Source: Candidatus Sabulitectum sp. (GTDB lineage Bacteria > Fermentibacterota > Fermentibacteria > Fermentibacterales > JCC-6). Taken from it: a DNA stretch of 62,277 nucleotides. Below are positions 49,216 to 58,770 of this stretch, in pieces. The position numbers and the translations under genes were made by a program. Where the stretch lies: assembly GCA_029938555.1 (NCBI GenBank), contig JAOZUR010000010.1, positions 1 to 62,277 of the forward strand. Direction: 5' to 3'. Each line of letters starts with the position of its first letter. The stretch's first letter is position 1. The notes under the pieces were generated by a model that saw only the letters and a list, made by a program, of their open reading frames with translations, did no database searches and had not been told where the DNA came from.

Positions 49216-50856
49216 CTATACCTTCAGACTTTCAAGTGGCAACTCAAAACCAGCAACTGGCACAGTGATTCCCCATGCTTCCAGTACCCCTGGATGAAAT
49301 TCCCCAAGAATACCCACCACTTCCCCATTTATCAGCACAGAAGCACTTCTACCGGGAATAAATCTGGTATCATCAATAGGTTTTAAAGAAAGATCCAGTC
49401 CTCTCAAATGACATATAACACCAAGTATGGAATGAACAGCTCCGAAATCACCATCTCCCACACTTACTGCAAGGATCATTGTAGTATTGCACAGTGTACT
49501 GGTTGAACGACACAGCGTTTCTCCCACTGTAAACAGTCGATGCGGGAAAGCAGCATGCCCACTTGATGCTTCCACTTCAAGAAGAGCCGGCAAAAGGCTA
49601 TTGGAAACAACACCATATTCTGCAGTCATAGGGTTACTGATTTTTATTGGCAATTCTGGAGTTCTTGTGCGTTTTGTAATTTTCTCTGTACTGGTAAGGA
49701 TAGGTCTCATTATCTCCTCACAACCTGCACCAACAAGCAAAGATTTAACAGAACGAGCTAAAATTTCAACTGGGGCTGCGGAGCCAACAGTGTATTCTGC
49801 TGGAAGAATAGGTTCTATATTATTCAGTCCTATGGATATGACAATATCTTCCATAAGATCTCTGGGATGTATACCATCTCGGCGATATGGAGGCATAACA
49901 GCAGTAACAGAATTACTAGATACTTTGATCTGACCGTAATCCATCTTTGAAAGAAGAATATTCAGGTCAAGTTCCTCTGCTGGGGAACCAATCATTTCCG
50001 TAATCTCTGCAAAAGTTGCTGTAAGGGTATCGTTATAAAGAACAGGTGTAACAGTGACTTTTCCATCTGGATATCTTATCTCAACCGGGCTGATAAATGC
50101 GCCTCTGTCTTCAAGGTTACAGGCAAGAATGGTTGCTGTGAGGTTCACAGTATGCCAGTCAGTTCCAGTTACTTCACAAAATAATCTGCTGTCTCCAGGG
50201 GTCACCTTGCCGGTTGAAAAACTATTAAGAACCGGTGGGAATGATAGAATTTCACCTGAACTATCTTTAAGCACAGGGTAACTCTTAAAATCACTCAACA
50301 GACCAGCATATTTAATGCCTGCTTCTGTTTCTTCCAGTACCTGTGAGAAGCTCATCTCTGATTCTTCACCAAGGGGGTGGAATCTGGTATCAGGAGATGT
50401 GACAGAATATTCCACTGGGAAACTTAATCCATCAAGAGGGTAAAAACCGATGGCTGCGGTTTTTCTCTCTTTTCCAAAACTGGAAGCTATTTTCTCCTGA
50501 GCAGTTATTAATGATTCGAGCCCGTCCTGATTCACCTTCCATCCAACAGCTGTGAATGCAGCGATGTATGGTCTTATTTCTTTTAGATCACTGTGAACAT
50601 CAATATGCACAGCAGGTGGTTTCATAGAATCAAGATGTGATTCAGCACCATAATTCCAGCACCTTAAACCCCGAGCAACTCCTTCTGCAGTCCACAGATC
50701 TGGCCTATTGGTATCATTCAATTCTATCTTCACTGTTTTATCATTCAAACCATCAAGTTCAGCCTTGAGAGATTCAAGAAGTTTCTCAAGATTATCTGTG
50801 TTTTCCATTTTTGCCAAAGGAAGAAAATCCTTAAGAGGTATTTCAATTTTAGGCAT
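49216..50856 (-). CDS. pheT: Phenylalanine--tRNA ligase beta subunit (short archaeal/spirochaete type)
   Basis: MPKIEI start; KIELNDTNRPDL, RPYI, SFPP, PPYR.D..H..D..ED, NPMT; about 546 aa, lacking the tRNA-binding OB insert and the FDX-ACB domain. Confidence 0.93.
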   Translation of the reverse strand: MPKIEIPLKDFLPLAKMENTDNLEKLLESLKAELDGLNDKTVKIELNDTNRPDLWTAEGVARGLRCWNYGAESHLDSMKPPAVHIDVHSDLKEIRPYIAAFTAVGWKVNQDGLESLITAQEKIASSFGKERKTAAIGFYPLDGLSFPVEYSVTSPDTRFHPLGEESEMSFSQVLEETEAGIKYAGLLSDFKSYPVLKDSSGEILSFPPVLNSFSTGKVTPGDSRLFCEVTGTDWHTVNLTATILACNLEDRGAFISPVEIRYPDGKVTVTPVLYNDTLTATFAEITEMIGSPAEELDLNILLSKMDYGQIKVSSNSVTAVMPPYRRDGIHPRDLMEDIVISIGLNNIEPILPAEYTVGSAAPVEILARSVKSLLVGAGCEEIMRPILTSTEKITKRTRTPELPIKISNPMTAEYGVVSNSLLPALLEVEASSGHAAFPHRLFTVGETLCRSTSTLCNTTMILAVSVGDGDFGAVHSILGVICHLRGLDLSLKPIDDTRFIPGRSASVLINGEVVGILGEFHPGVLEAWGITVPVAGFELPLESLKV

Positions 50857-52414
50857 TGTTTCCACCTCCGAGTAGTTTCTCTGGTGTTGACTTCATCTCT
50901 CTAAGTTTTGTGAGATCCGGGTTCAATAAGTCTCGTATATCTGAAAGACCCAGTGCAAGAAGGGCCATTCTATCCAACCCAAGTCCCCAAGCCACTACAG
51001 GAACATCAATTCCCATAGGTTCACATACCTCCCTGCGGAACAGTCCAGCACCACCCATCTCGAACCATCCAAGGGTTGGATGTTTAACATGAAGTTCAAC
51101 TGACGGTTCTGTGAAGGGGAAGTAGGCAGGAACAAATTTGTATTCAGTAGCGCCTGCAACTTCAGTTGCGAAAAGCTTAAGAAGACCCAATAAATGCCTC
51201 ATATTGATATGCTCACCTAGAACGATTCCTTCAACCTGGAAAAAATCAGGTAGATGAGTAGCATCAACCTGATCATATCTGAAACACTTTGCAATTCCGA
51301 AATACTTGCCTGGTATTTCCGGTTTAGAGCCAAGAGTTCTTGCGGAAAGAGCTGTTCCCTGTGAGCGCATTATAGCCTTCAAAGATCTATCCCACTGGAA
51401 CGAATATTGCCAGCCTCGTCCACCGGTATTACCACCGTCCTCATGGGCAGCTTTAACTTTGTCGCCTATTATTTTAGATGGAGGCGCTACTTCAACTCCA
51501 TCTTCCAGATAATAAGCGTCATGAATATCACGAGCTGGATGAAACTGAGGCATGAACAAAGCGTCATTGTTCCAGAATTCACTCTCTGCCAAAGAGCCTT
51601 TCATTTCCTGAAAACCCATTGCCTGAAGCTTATCTCTCACCGAATCAAGAAACATTGCATAAGGATGAAATCTTCCAATATGAATCCTTGAAGGAGGAAT
51701 ATCAACCTGATATCTCCTGAAAGATCCTTCTTTCCATTCACCAGACATCAAAATTTCTCTTGTTAATATTCCGATTGTACTTTTTCCAGCTGCTGCTTTC
51801 AGTGCTTCTCTGCCTGCTTGTGTTATTTCGATAACATTAGAGGAAGTTTCATTAATAACAAATTCTGCTCGGGATTTCCCCCTTTTGGGTGCCCTCTTGG
51901 TTACCTCAACTACTACATCTTTTTCCAGATCAGAAAGATTAAGGGTGGCTCCCGAAAGCAATACAGAATAAACATTTTTCCATATCAACGAAAAAACACC
52001 ACCAGACACATCATTTACAGATAGACCTTCTTTGCCTTTGCTCAATATCCGACCTTTAACAAGAGCACCCATGGCGCTTCCCCACTGAGCTCGATCAAAC
52101 AACTCATTCTTCTGTATTTCTGGCAAAGACGATGTTCCATTTTTTACAGCTTCAAGCAAAACCAGTTCAGGAGTTGTACCTTTTTCGGCATAAATAGAAC
52201 CTACTGGCCCAAGTTCTACAGTAACAGTTTTTTCACTGGACAAGACGGAAGCCATTTCTCGAGACAAAAGCCACTGAAATGCCCTTCTATAAGAACCCTC
52301 ATCCATTTTTGTACCTGCAATAGCATCCATATCACTTGCTGAGCCGTTCTCTACAAGCCAGCTAAGTAATGTTTTCTCCAGCGGGTGCAGGTCTTTTGAT
52401 ACAGTATCTGACAA
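50849..52414 (-). CDS. pheS: Phenylalanine--tRNA ligase alpha subunit (long archaeal/spirochaete type)
   Basis: FWNNDALFMPQFHPARD, FRYDQVDATH, YFPFTEPS, AWGLGLDR; about 230-aa N-terminal extension. Confidence 0.95.
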   Translation of the reverse strand: MSDTVSKDLHPLEKTLLSWLVENGSASDMDAIAGTKMDEGSYRRAFQWLLSREMASVLSSEKTVTVELGPVGSIYAEKGTTPELVLLEAVKNGTSSLPEIQKNELFDRAQWGSAMGALVKGRILSKGKEGLSVNDVSGGVFSLIWKNVYSVLLSGATLNLSDLEKDVVVEVTKRAPKRGKSRAEFVINETSSNVIEITQAGREALKAAAGKSTIGILTREILMSGEWKEGSFRRYQVDIPPSRIHIGRFHPYAMFLDSVRDKLQAMGFQEMKGSLAESEFWNNDALFMPQFHPARDIHDAYYLEDGVEVAPPSKIIGDKVKAAHEDGGNTGGRGWQYSFQWDRSLKAIMRSQGTALSARTLGSKPEIPGKYFGIAKCFRYDQVDATHLPDFFQVEGIVLGEHINMRHLLGLLKLFATEVAGATEYKFVPAYFPFTEPSVELHVKHPTLGWFEMGGAGLFRREVCEPMGIDVPVVAWGLGLDRMALLALGLSDIRDLLNPDLTKLREMKSTPEKLLGGGNNA

Positions 52415-52426
52415 TTTACACCTTCT

Positions 52427-54763
52427 TTATTCCCAGACTGGTTCGTCTGAGTTGAGGAAAAGACCCTGTTCTGGTCTTGGAATTCGGTATTCACCTTTTA
52501 GTACCGTTCCGCATTCTGAACATTCAGCCATTCCCTGATTTACCACCGAGTCACAGACTGGGCAGATTCTTGCCATCATTCCGTCAACATAATTAACAAG
52601 TTCCCCGGCTGTTATAATTCCATTACCATCAATATCTGCAGCTCCTGTTGATCCCTCAAGTAGTATAGGAGTAAGAACCCTTTCACTCACTGATTTGTCT
52701 TCTCGGGCAGCTGTAAGAATAAGGATATTATCATCCTGTGAGAAGTCATTTACAAACCCGCCTGAATTACACGCATCGGTAAACAGGTAAATAGCGCCTG
52801 GAAAATCACTAAGAAGACTTCTCATCTCATCATCGGAAATATCTTCATTATAAAAGCATAAAACTTCGTTCATACCATCAGCTTCTTCAATCCCCCCAGA
52901 ACCGGGAGACTGCTGAGAGCCATGACCACTATAGAATATCACCAGACGATCCGAAGAGTCTGCCCGGGAAGAAATATCTGAAACAGCCTTCCGGAATGTT
53001 TCAGCCCTAGCCTCTGCATCAACCATCAATATCATATGATCAGCCTCTGTTGATTGATCATCACGAAGGAACCTATAAAATTCAATAGCATCCATGCTGG
53101 CCCTAGAAAGAATATCGGCCCTGGATTCATAACCACTTATTCCTGCAACCACAGCCCAAGTCTCAACTGTTGAAACATCTCCAGAAGAAAGCATCTCTGC
53201 TGGAATTCTTTCTGCTTCAATTGTAAAAGTGCCTTGACCACCACGAGAATAAGGATACACAGTAACTCCATAAACAGCATCTTCTTCACAATACAGTGCC
53301 ACAGATTCATCAGCAGCGTTATCAGTGTTACTTATCCCTCCTTCTGCTTGAAGGAAATATCCAGGACCACTTACAAGCATATCCAGATCAAAATCTCTTT
53401 GATCCCCGCGAAGCTCAATCACAAGAGTGCTTCCAGCCTGTCCATGGACAGTATAAAACATCTGCGGCAAAGAAGAATCATCAATTCTTCCATGGATCAG
53501 GCCAACAACCGGCTCAGCTTCTGTGGGCTCCACAGATATTTTGCACATACCACCTCTGTCAGAATCAAGAAAACAAGGTGATATCCACAGGGTATCTGCT
53601 CGTTGAGCCCAGAAACAGAAACTTTCATTACCTCTATCGGTGATTAAAAAAGCCGCAGGTTCTCCATAACTGTCAAATAATCTCAAGTCACCGTCTCTCT
53701 GTTTTTCAAAAGCAGCGGATACTGTGAAAAATCCAGAGGAAGGAGCTATGAACCGCAATAATTCAGATTGACCAAAACCTGTTTCAATTTCAACATCCCT
53801 TGATAAAGTGATGTCTGTCTCCGGAGCAGACAAATTAAGTTTGTATGGGAATGCATCAAGATCATCACCAACATCATAAGGTCGAACTTCAACTATCAAC
53901 GGAGAGACATCAGCAGGAACCATCAACCCTTCTGTGGACAGATATGTAGTTGAAGAATAAATAACATCACCTTGTGTATTGCGCACAAAGAGATCAAGAT
54001 CTCCATCGTTTTCATAAGTGAGTTCAAGAAGAGCTTCTGTTTCAAGTTCAGGTAGTTTGAATCGCTGAATAGAACCATCGATAGCGTCCCCAGAGAGAGA
54101 TTCAGATAAAACATTCATTTCGCCGGTTCTCATCACCTCTAGAGTATAATCACCGTTGCCACCTTTGTTGTATCTTGAAACAACTATTTGTACGGTTTCA
54201 CCTTCCAGCATATCAACTGAAAGTTTCTCTGAAGAATTGTTGCTATAACTTCCACTCCACAAATTATTTCCAACTCCATAGAGTTCTAAATCAAGATCAG
54301 AAGTTTCGTCACTTCCTCGAATAAGAAAATTCCAATTCCCCTCTTCTGGAACAGTAAAAGTCCATATCTCAGCCATAACCGAAGATGATAAAGAAGAGAC
54401 TGCTCCGTTTAAATCAACAGATTCAGGCTCTAGATACAATACGGAAAAATCTACAGGATCGTCACTTACAGCCTTAATCCAGAACCAGTAATCACTGTAT
54501 GCAGAAAGAATTAAAGGCTCTCCATCAGTTGAAAAAACCAGAACCTCTCCAGCATTATCATAAGCTGTCATGGGCACCGCCGGGTAAGATACCACTTGGA
54601 TAACTGAATAATCACTTTCCAAAATCCTAACCCATTGAAACCCATCTATTTCAACACTGATTACATTTTCTCCAGCATTAACCCCAGGAACTGTAACAGG
54701 ATCTGGAAGCGTCACTGCAAATGTAACAATAAACAAAAGAATAGAACCTAACAAAATAACCAC
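52427..54763 (-). CDS. Secreted caspase-family (peptidase C14) protein with N-terminal PPC-like repeats
   Basis: Hydrophobic N-terminus; four DxD[LM] repeats; WAVVAGISGY, YSGHG, DACNSG (His/Cys dyad). Confidence 0.85.
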   Translation of the reverse strand: MVILLGSILLFIVTFAVTLPDPVTVPGVNAGENVISVEIDGFQWVRILESDYSVIQVVSYPAVPMTAYDNAGEVLVFSTDGEPLILSAYSDYWFWIKAVSDDPVDFSVLYLEPESVDLNGAVSSLSSSVMAEIWTFTVPEEGNWNFLIRGSDETSDLDLELYGVGNNLWSGSYSNNSSEKLSVDMLEGETVQIVVSRYNKGGNGDYTLEVMRTGEMNVLSESLSGDAIDGSIQRFKLPELETEALLELTYENDGDLDLFVRNTQGDVIYSSTTYLSTEGLMVPADVSPLIVEVRPYDVGDDLDAFPYKLNLSAPETDITLSRDVEIETGFGQSELLRFIAPSSGFFTVSAAFEKQRDGDLRLFDSYGEPAAFLITDRGNESFCFWAQRADTLWISPCFLDSDRGGMCKISVEPTEAEPVVGLIHGRIDDSSLPQMFYTVHGQAGSTLVIELRGDQRDFDLDMLVSGPGYFLQAEGGISNTDNAADESVALYCEEDAVYGVTVYPYSRGGQGTFTIEAERIPAEMLSSGDVSTVETWAVVAGISGYESRADILSRASMDAIEFYRFLRDDQSTEADHMILMVDAEARAETFRKAVSDISSRADSSDRLVIFYSGHGSQQSPGSGGIEEADGMNEVLCFYNEDISDDEMRSLLSDFPGAIYLFTDACNSGGFVNDFSQDDNILILTAAREDKSVSERVLTPILLEGSTGAADIDGNGIITAGELVNYVDGMMARICPVCDSVVNQGMAECSECGTVLKGEYRIPRPEQGLFLNSDEPVWE

Positions 54764-54836
54764 CTTTCAACGCTCTGCAGAAGATACAAAATCCAAGGTT
54801 ATAAGATAACGAAAAATGTAAAATCTGTCTGCTTTT

Positions 54837-55544
54837 CTAAAACAACTCAGCAAAAAGAGAAAAAGACGCACAAGAAATTTTAATATTGCTATCTATTGCA
54901 GAAATGCCTGTAGCAAGATCCCAAAGACACAAAAGACCATACCCAAAAAGTTTTCGGTTAAAAGAGATTACCAGAGGTACAGAGGCTCCATGAACAGAAA
55001 GGTGAAAACAAATGGTTTCTTCACCTGGCCGCCATGCATCTGGAAGCCTTCCACCGGTGGGCCACACAGAAAAAACCAGTTTCAGCTCCTGTGCAGAAGG
55101 TTCCGGTCTGCGAAGTAAATCAATAAATCTAGACATATCGCCACCAAGATGATGGATTGCAGCTCTGATCTGAGAAGTAGTTCGAACTGGATTGGAATCA
55201 GGATTAGGTAGCGCTGTTATAAAATCAATACCATCCTCACGACGATATCCAAGCTCAAGCAGTGAAGAAGCCTCTTTTGCACAGGCAACCAAAAGAGCCG
55301 ATGCTCCCGCTGGAGGAAGAATTGTACTGGATACTGATTCATCAGTCCACAAGTTAACCTGTCGAAAGATGCTTTTCACCCTTTCCCCTGATGGCGTGCG
55401 AGATATATCAGTAATAGTTTGGTGCAACCTAGGTAATTGTGGAACTCTTACACCTGCTCTGCCCAATGCAGACCTTGCTGCAGATCGTCTGAACAAAATA
55501 TCAAGATCATCTAATTTATTTAATTCCGCAGGAAATTTTACCAC
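54837..55544 (-). CDS. Hypothetical protein
   Basis: 235-aa ORF overlapping the xerD stop; no family recognised. Confidence 0.6.
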   Translation of the reverse strand: MVKFPAELNKLDDLDILFRRSAARSALGRAGVRVPQLPRLHQTITDISRTPSGERVKSIFRQVNLWTDESVSSTILPPAGASALLVACAKEASSLLELGYRREDGIDFITALPNPDSNPVRTTSQIRAAIHHLGGDMSRFIDLLRRPEPSAQELKLVFSVWPTGGRLPDAWRPGEETICFHLSVHGASVPLVISFNRKLFGYGLLCLWDLATGISAIDSNIKISCASFSLFAELF

Positions 55545-56428
55545 ATTCCACTTCCCCTAGGATGATATTTTTTTACTGCTTCAGCCAAGCGTTTACGACT
55601 AACTGAGGTATACATTTCTGTTGTTCTAATATCTGAATGGCCTAACAACTCCTGAACGATACGAATATCAGCTCCACCTTCCAAAAGATGTGTTGCAAAT
55701 GAATGTCTTAAGGTATGAGGATGGATAACAGAAGTTATGCCAGCTTTTAATGCAGAAGCACGAACAATATTCCATACAGTCATTCTTGATAGTGAATTAC
55801 CGTTCCGCGTAAGAAATATCGCTTTTCCTGTTTTTTCTTTTAACAGACTTGCTCTCCAGTAGTCTAGGTATTTCCCCATCTGATCAATTGAAGGTGAACT
55901 CATCGGCACCATTCTTTCCCTGCTACCTTTACCAAGTGGACGCACCCAGCCTTCATGGAGATTCAATCTGTCCACTGTTAATGAAATCAATTCACTTTCC
56001 CGAAGTCCTGAACCATAAGCAAGTTCAAGAAGAGCTCTATTTCTTGAAGAAAGGGAATCATCACCAAACCAGACCTCAATAATCCTGACAACTTCATCAA
56101 CAGAAATACAATGTGGCACTTTGAAAATTGCAGCAGGAGATCGTACCCGAGAGGCAGGATTTGATTCAATAATTTGATTTCTAGTTAAATAAGTAAAAAA
56201 TGACCGAAGAGAAGATAGTTTCCTAGTAATTGTTGAAGGAGCCAAATTTATTTTCGCAAGGTGTTGTACCCATTGCCCTATTTCAGCAGAATCCGCTAAA
56301 ACAAGATTACCAATAAACTCTCCTGCCTCTGTTATATCTCTGCTATATGCTGCCACTGTATTGGCAGACAAATTTCTAACTAATACAGCCCATGACAGGA
56401 ATGCATCAAGATGTTCATCAGTGTTCAC
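55538..56428 (-). CDS. xerD: Tyrosine recombinase XerD
   Basis: LSANTVAAY, RNRALLELAYGSGLRESEL, GKGSRER, HPHTLRHSFATHLL, LLGH, TTEMY. Confidence 0.88.
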   Translation of the reverse strand: MNTDEHLDAFLSWAVLVRNLSANTVAAYSRDITEAGEFIGNLVLADSAEIGQWVQHLAKINLAPSTITRKLSSLRSFFTYLTRNQIIESNPASRVRSPAAIFKVPHCISVDEVVRIIEVWFGDDSLSSRNRALLELAYGSGLRESELISLTVDRLNLHEGWVRPLGKGSRERMVPMSSPSIDQMGKYLDYWRASLLKEKTGKAIFLTRNGNSLSRMTVWNIVRASALKAGITSVIHPHTLRHSFATHLLEGGADIRIVQELLGHSDIRTTEMYTSVSRKRLAEAVKKYHPRGSGMW

Positions 56429-57659
56429 TCAACCACCCTAAAAAAGAATTCTCTTGTACAGGAAGTTCGCTGTGATCAGTTCCTGAGAATAAAGATACTG
56501 GCAACCCTTGATCAGAAAGCTCTGTTATGGCAACCAAGGCATCAATCCTCTGGGTAAAACCAAGAATAGCCACCGGTGTAGCCTGAATGAAATTCTGCAC
56601 TTTGAGTATTGGAATTTTTAAGTAGTGGCTTAAAACAGTAATTGCCTGCTGTTTTTCCGTTTCGGCAACCTTATACAGATAAACAAAAAAAACACCAGAA
56701 GAATCTATGATTCCTGGAGGTACAAATGTATTTATTCGAATTGGAATTACATCCGGTACAGAAACAGCAGGAATAGTAAATTTGATGGAATCTGGTACTG
56801 TATACTGTTGGGTTTTTTCTGTTTCATTATGAATAACCGGAGGATTTATTATCTGCTCAAAACAAGATGGTTTTTTAAAAGAAAAAACATGAGGATCTAT
56901 ACTGTTTGAAAAATTGGCGGAGCACAAGCTATCATCAGGAGAGACGAAAGAAATAACCGGAGGTGGATCTGCTGAAGTTTTATCTGGTTTAAGGTTAGAG
57001 CTATACTGCTTATTTTGCGTGTCAGAGGTAGAAGACAATAAACTACCATCAGAACGTTCCAATGAAGCGGTGGGAGGTAAGGTTGTTGTTATATCAGGAA
57101 TTTGGCCGTAATTATTTTCAGTATTTCTAGAATTTGAGTTAACTGATTTAACAACTTTTTTATTCCCAGCCATCCTTAAAGAAGATGAGTAATTTTTCTT
57201 ACTGGAAACTCCTATCAAATCCTGCGTTGATCTTATTTCAACAATTCCACCTGCATGCTCTAGTATATTTTTAATAGACTCGGCAGTTGCCAGATCTGTA
57301 TCAGACCTGAGCGCAATAGGAATACTTGCAAGAAACTGAATAACCTGTTCTGTTGGAAGTTTGCTAAATTTTTGCAGTGCAATTCTGAGTCGACCGCGAC
57401 TCCCTGGTCGATAACCCATTAAAACCGGTATACATGCACCATCATCAGGTAAAAAAGTTACTTCAATAGAACCATCATCAGGCAGCTCAGCTGAAAGAAT
57501 TTCAGCTTTTTCTCTTGACATACCGGTCTGCAGAATCATTCCACCTGGAGAATCTAAAAGAGAACGAACAGTATCAATCGTCTCCCCAGTTCTGGCATAT
57601 AAAACCGCAAGCATTCTGCCTGAAGGATTTTTTCCCTTTAAGACAATCTTCCATAACAC
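56418..57659 (-). CDS. Hypothetical protein with L7/L12-CTD-like repeats and an S/P/T-rich linker
   Basis: GMSREKAE, TAESIKNILEHAGGIVEI, ELSDQGLPVSL. Confidence 0.6.
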   Translation of the reverse strand: MLWKIVLKGKNPSGRMLAVLYARTGETIDTVRSLLDSPGGMILQTGMSREKAEILSAELPDDGSIEVTFLPDDGACIPVLMGYRPGSRGRLRIALQKFSKLPTEQVIQFLASIPIALRSDTDLATAESIKNILEHAGGIVEIRSTQDLIGVSSKKNYSSSLRMAGNKKVVKSVNSNSRNTENNYGQIPDITTTLPPTASLERSDGSLLSSTSDTQNKQYSSNLKPDKTSADPPPVISFVSPDDSLCSANFSNSIDPHVFSFKKPSCFEQIINPPVIHNETEKTQQYTVPDSIKFTIPAVSVPDVIPIRINTFVPPGIIDSSGVFFVYLYKVAETEKQQAITVLSHYLKIPILKVQNFIQATPVAILGFTQRIDALVAITELSDQGLPVSLFSGTDHSELPVQENSFLGWLSEH

Positions 57660-57668
57660 AATTGTACC

Positions 57669-58676
57669 TCAGTCAACCTGACTCTGACTTAGATACAATT
57701 TATCACCTAGTTCAATCAAGTTGGCTGTTCTTGTACTAACAATCATTGCAGCACAACTATTTGCCTCTGTTGTAAGAACAACAACTTCAGCAATAGGTAT
57801 TTCCGCTGTATAAACTGACTGATCATTAACATCTCTCACATGTTCGCTAGCAGTGTAGGCTGTAAAAACATCTCCTGGATTTATACCCTGTGAACTGCCT
57901 GCACTTAAATAAACCACATCATAAGTATAAGCACAGTTTCTATCAGGATCCCTGAAGCCCAGTACCCATAACAAACCTCGATCAACTCCTGGCTCATTCT
58001 GAATATGAATATCTGAAGCCGCCTGATAGGGAACCAGCATATCTCCTTCAAGTACTGTAAGATAACCATGCTGTATTTTTGCTATAGATGTTGAAGGGGT
58101 TGCACTTTCAATCTGGCATACTCCGGCAACTCTAATAATGTGTCCTTTCGCGCCTGTTTCAGGATCTTCAACCTCTTCACACTTTCTAAGGATATGATAT
58201 ACACGACCGATTTCCACACCATCATCGGCACCAAAATCTAGTTCAATCAGATCACCTGGAAGAGCTGTCAGATGTCTGTATACACCCTCTTCTTCTGGAT
58301 TAGTGGCAAGAATATATCCCTCTGGTCGTAAATCGGAATAAGAAACAAATCCTGCAGATTCCCTTTGAAGGCGGGAAAGAATAGGCTCACTGGATCTGAT
58401 AAGAACTGCACCAGCAGGTATTTCAGTAATATATTGTGAAGAACCTGCAGTAGATGCTATAGCACCGGTTGTATTGGGTATTTGAAGAACCATACCGGGA
58501 ACAAGATATTCAGCGCCCTGTAAATTAGGGTTAGCTGCCAGTATATCTACCCATTTTTCCCAAGTACCATAATAATGGACAGATATATCAGAAAGAGTAT
58601 CTCCATAACCAACAACATACTCACTTGCACCGGAAACAGTAACAAGAAGAGCGAACAACATAATTGTATATTTCAT
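57669..58676 (-). CDS. LysM peptidoglycan-binding protein (TsaP-like architecture)
   Basis: Signal peptide; YVVGYGDTLSDIS..YYG....W..I..AN...LVPG..LQIP; two C-terminal beta domains (G..DGVEIG, GSSQGINPGD). Confidence 0.85.
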   Translation of the reverse strand: MKYTIMLFALLVTVSGASEYVVGYGDTLSDISVHYYGTWEKWVDILAANPNLQGAEYLVPGMVLQIPNTTGAIASTAGSSQYITEIPAGAVLIRSSEPILSRLQRESAGFVSYSDLRPEGYILATNPEEEGVYRHLTALPGDLIELDFGADDGVEIGRVYHILRKCEEVEDPETGAKGHIIRVAGVCQIESATPSTSIAKIQHGYLTVLEGDMLVPYQAASDIHIQNEPGVDRGLLWVLGFRDPDRNCAYTYDVVYLSAGSSQGINPGDVFTAYTASEHVRDVNDQSVYTAEIPIAEVVVLTTEANSCAAMIVSTRTANLIELGDKLYLSQSQVD

Positions 58677-58728
58677 CAGGCCACCTTCCTTAAAATATTT
58701 ATACACTATCGAATATCATAACTTCATA

Positions 58729-58758
58729 AATTCTAAACTCTAACACACTGCCAAGTCA
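58729..58758 (-). promoter_or_regulatory. Putative sigma-70 promoter for the LysM-xerD run
   Basis: Minus strand TTGACT-18 nt-TAGAAT. Confidence 0.5.
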
Positions 58759-58770
58759 ACCTTAGTATTT

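Noticed and set aside
52427-54763. Caspase as part of an anti-phage system (CBASS, Avs, gasdermin or type III CRISPR-linked)
   Set aside because: It appears exported, and no cyclase, NLR-like, gasdermin or cas genes flank it.
55538-56428. Tyrosine recombinase as a phage or ICE integrase
   Set aside because: Length and motifs fit housekeeping XerD; no att sites or mobile genes nearby.
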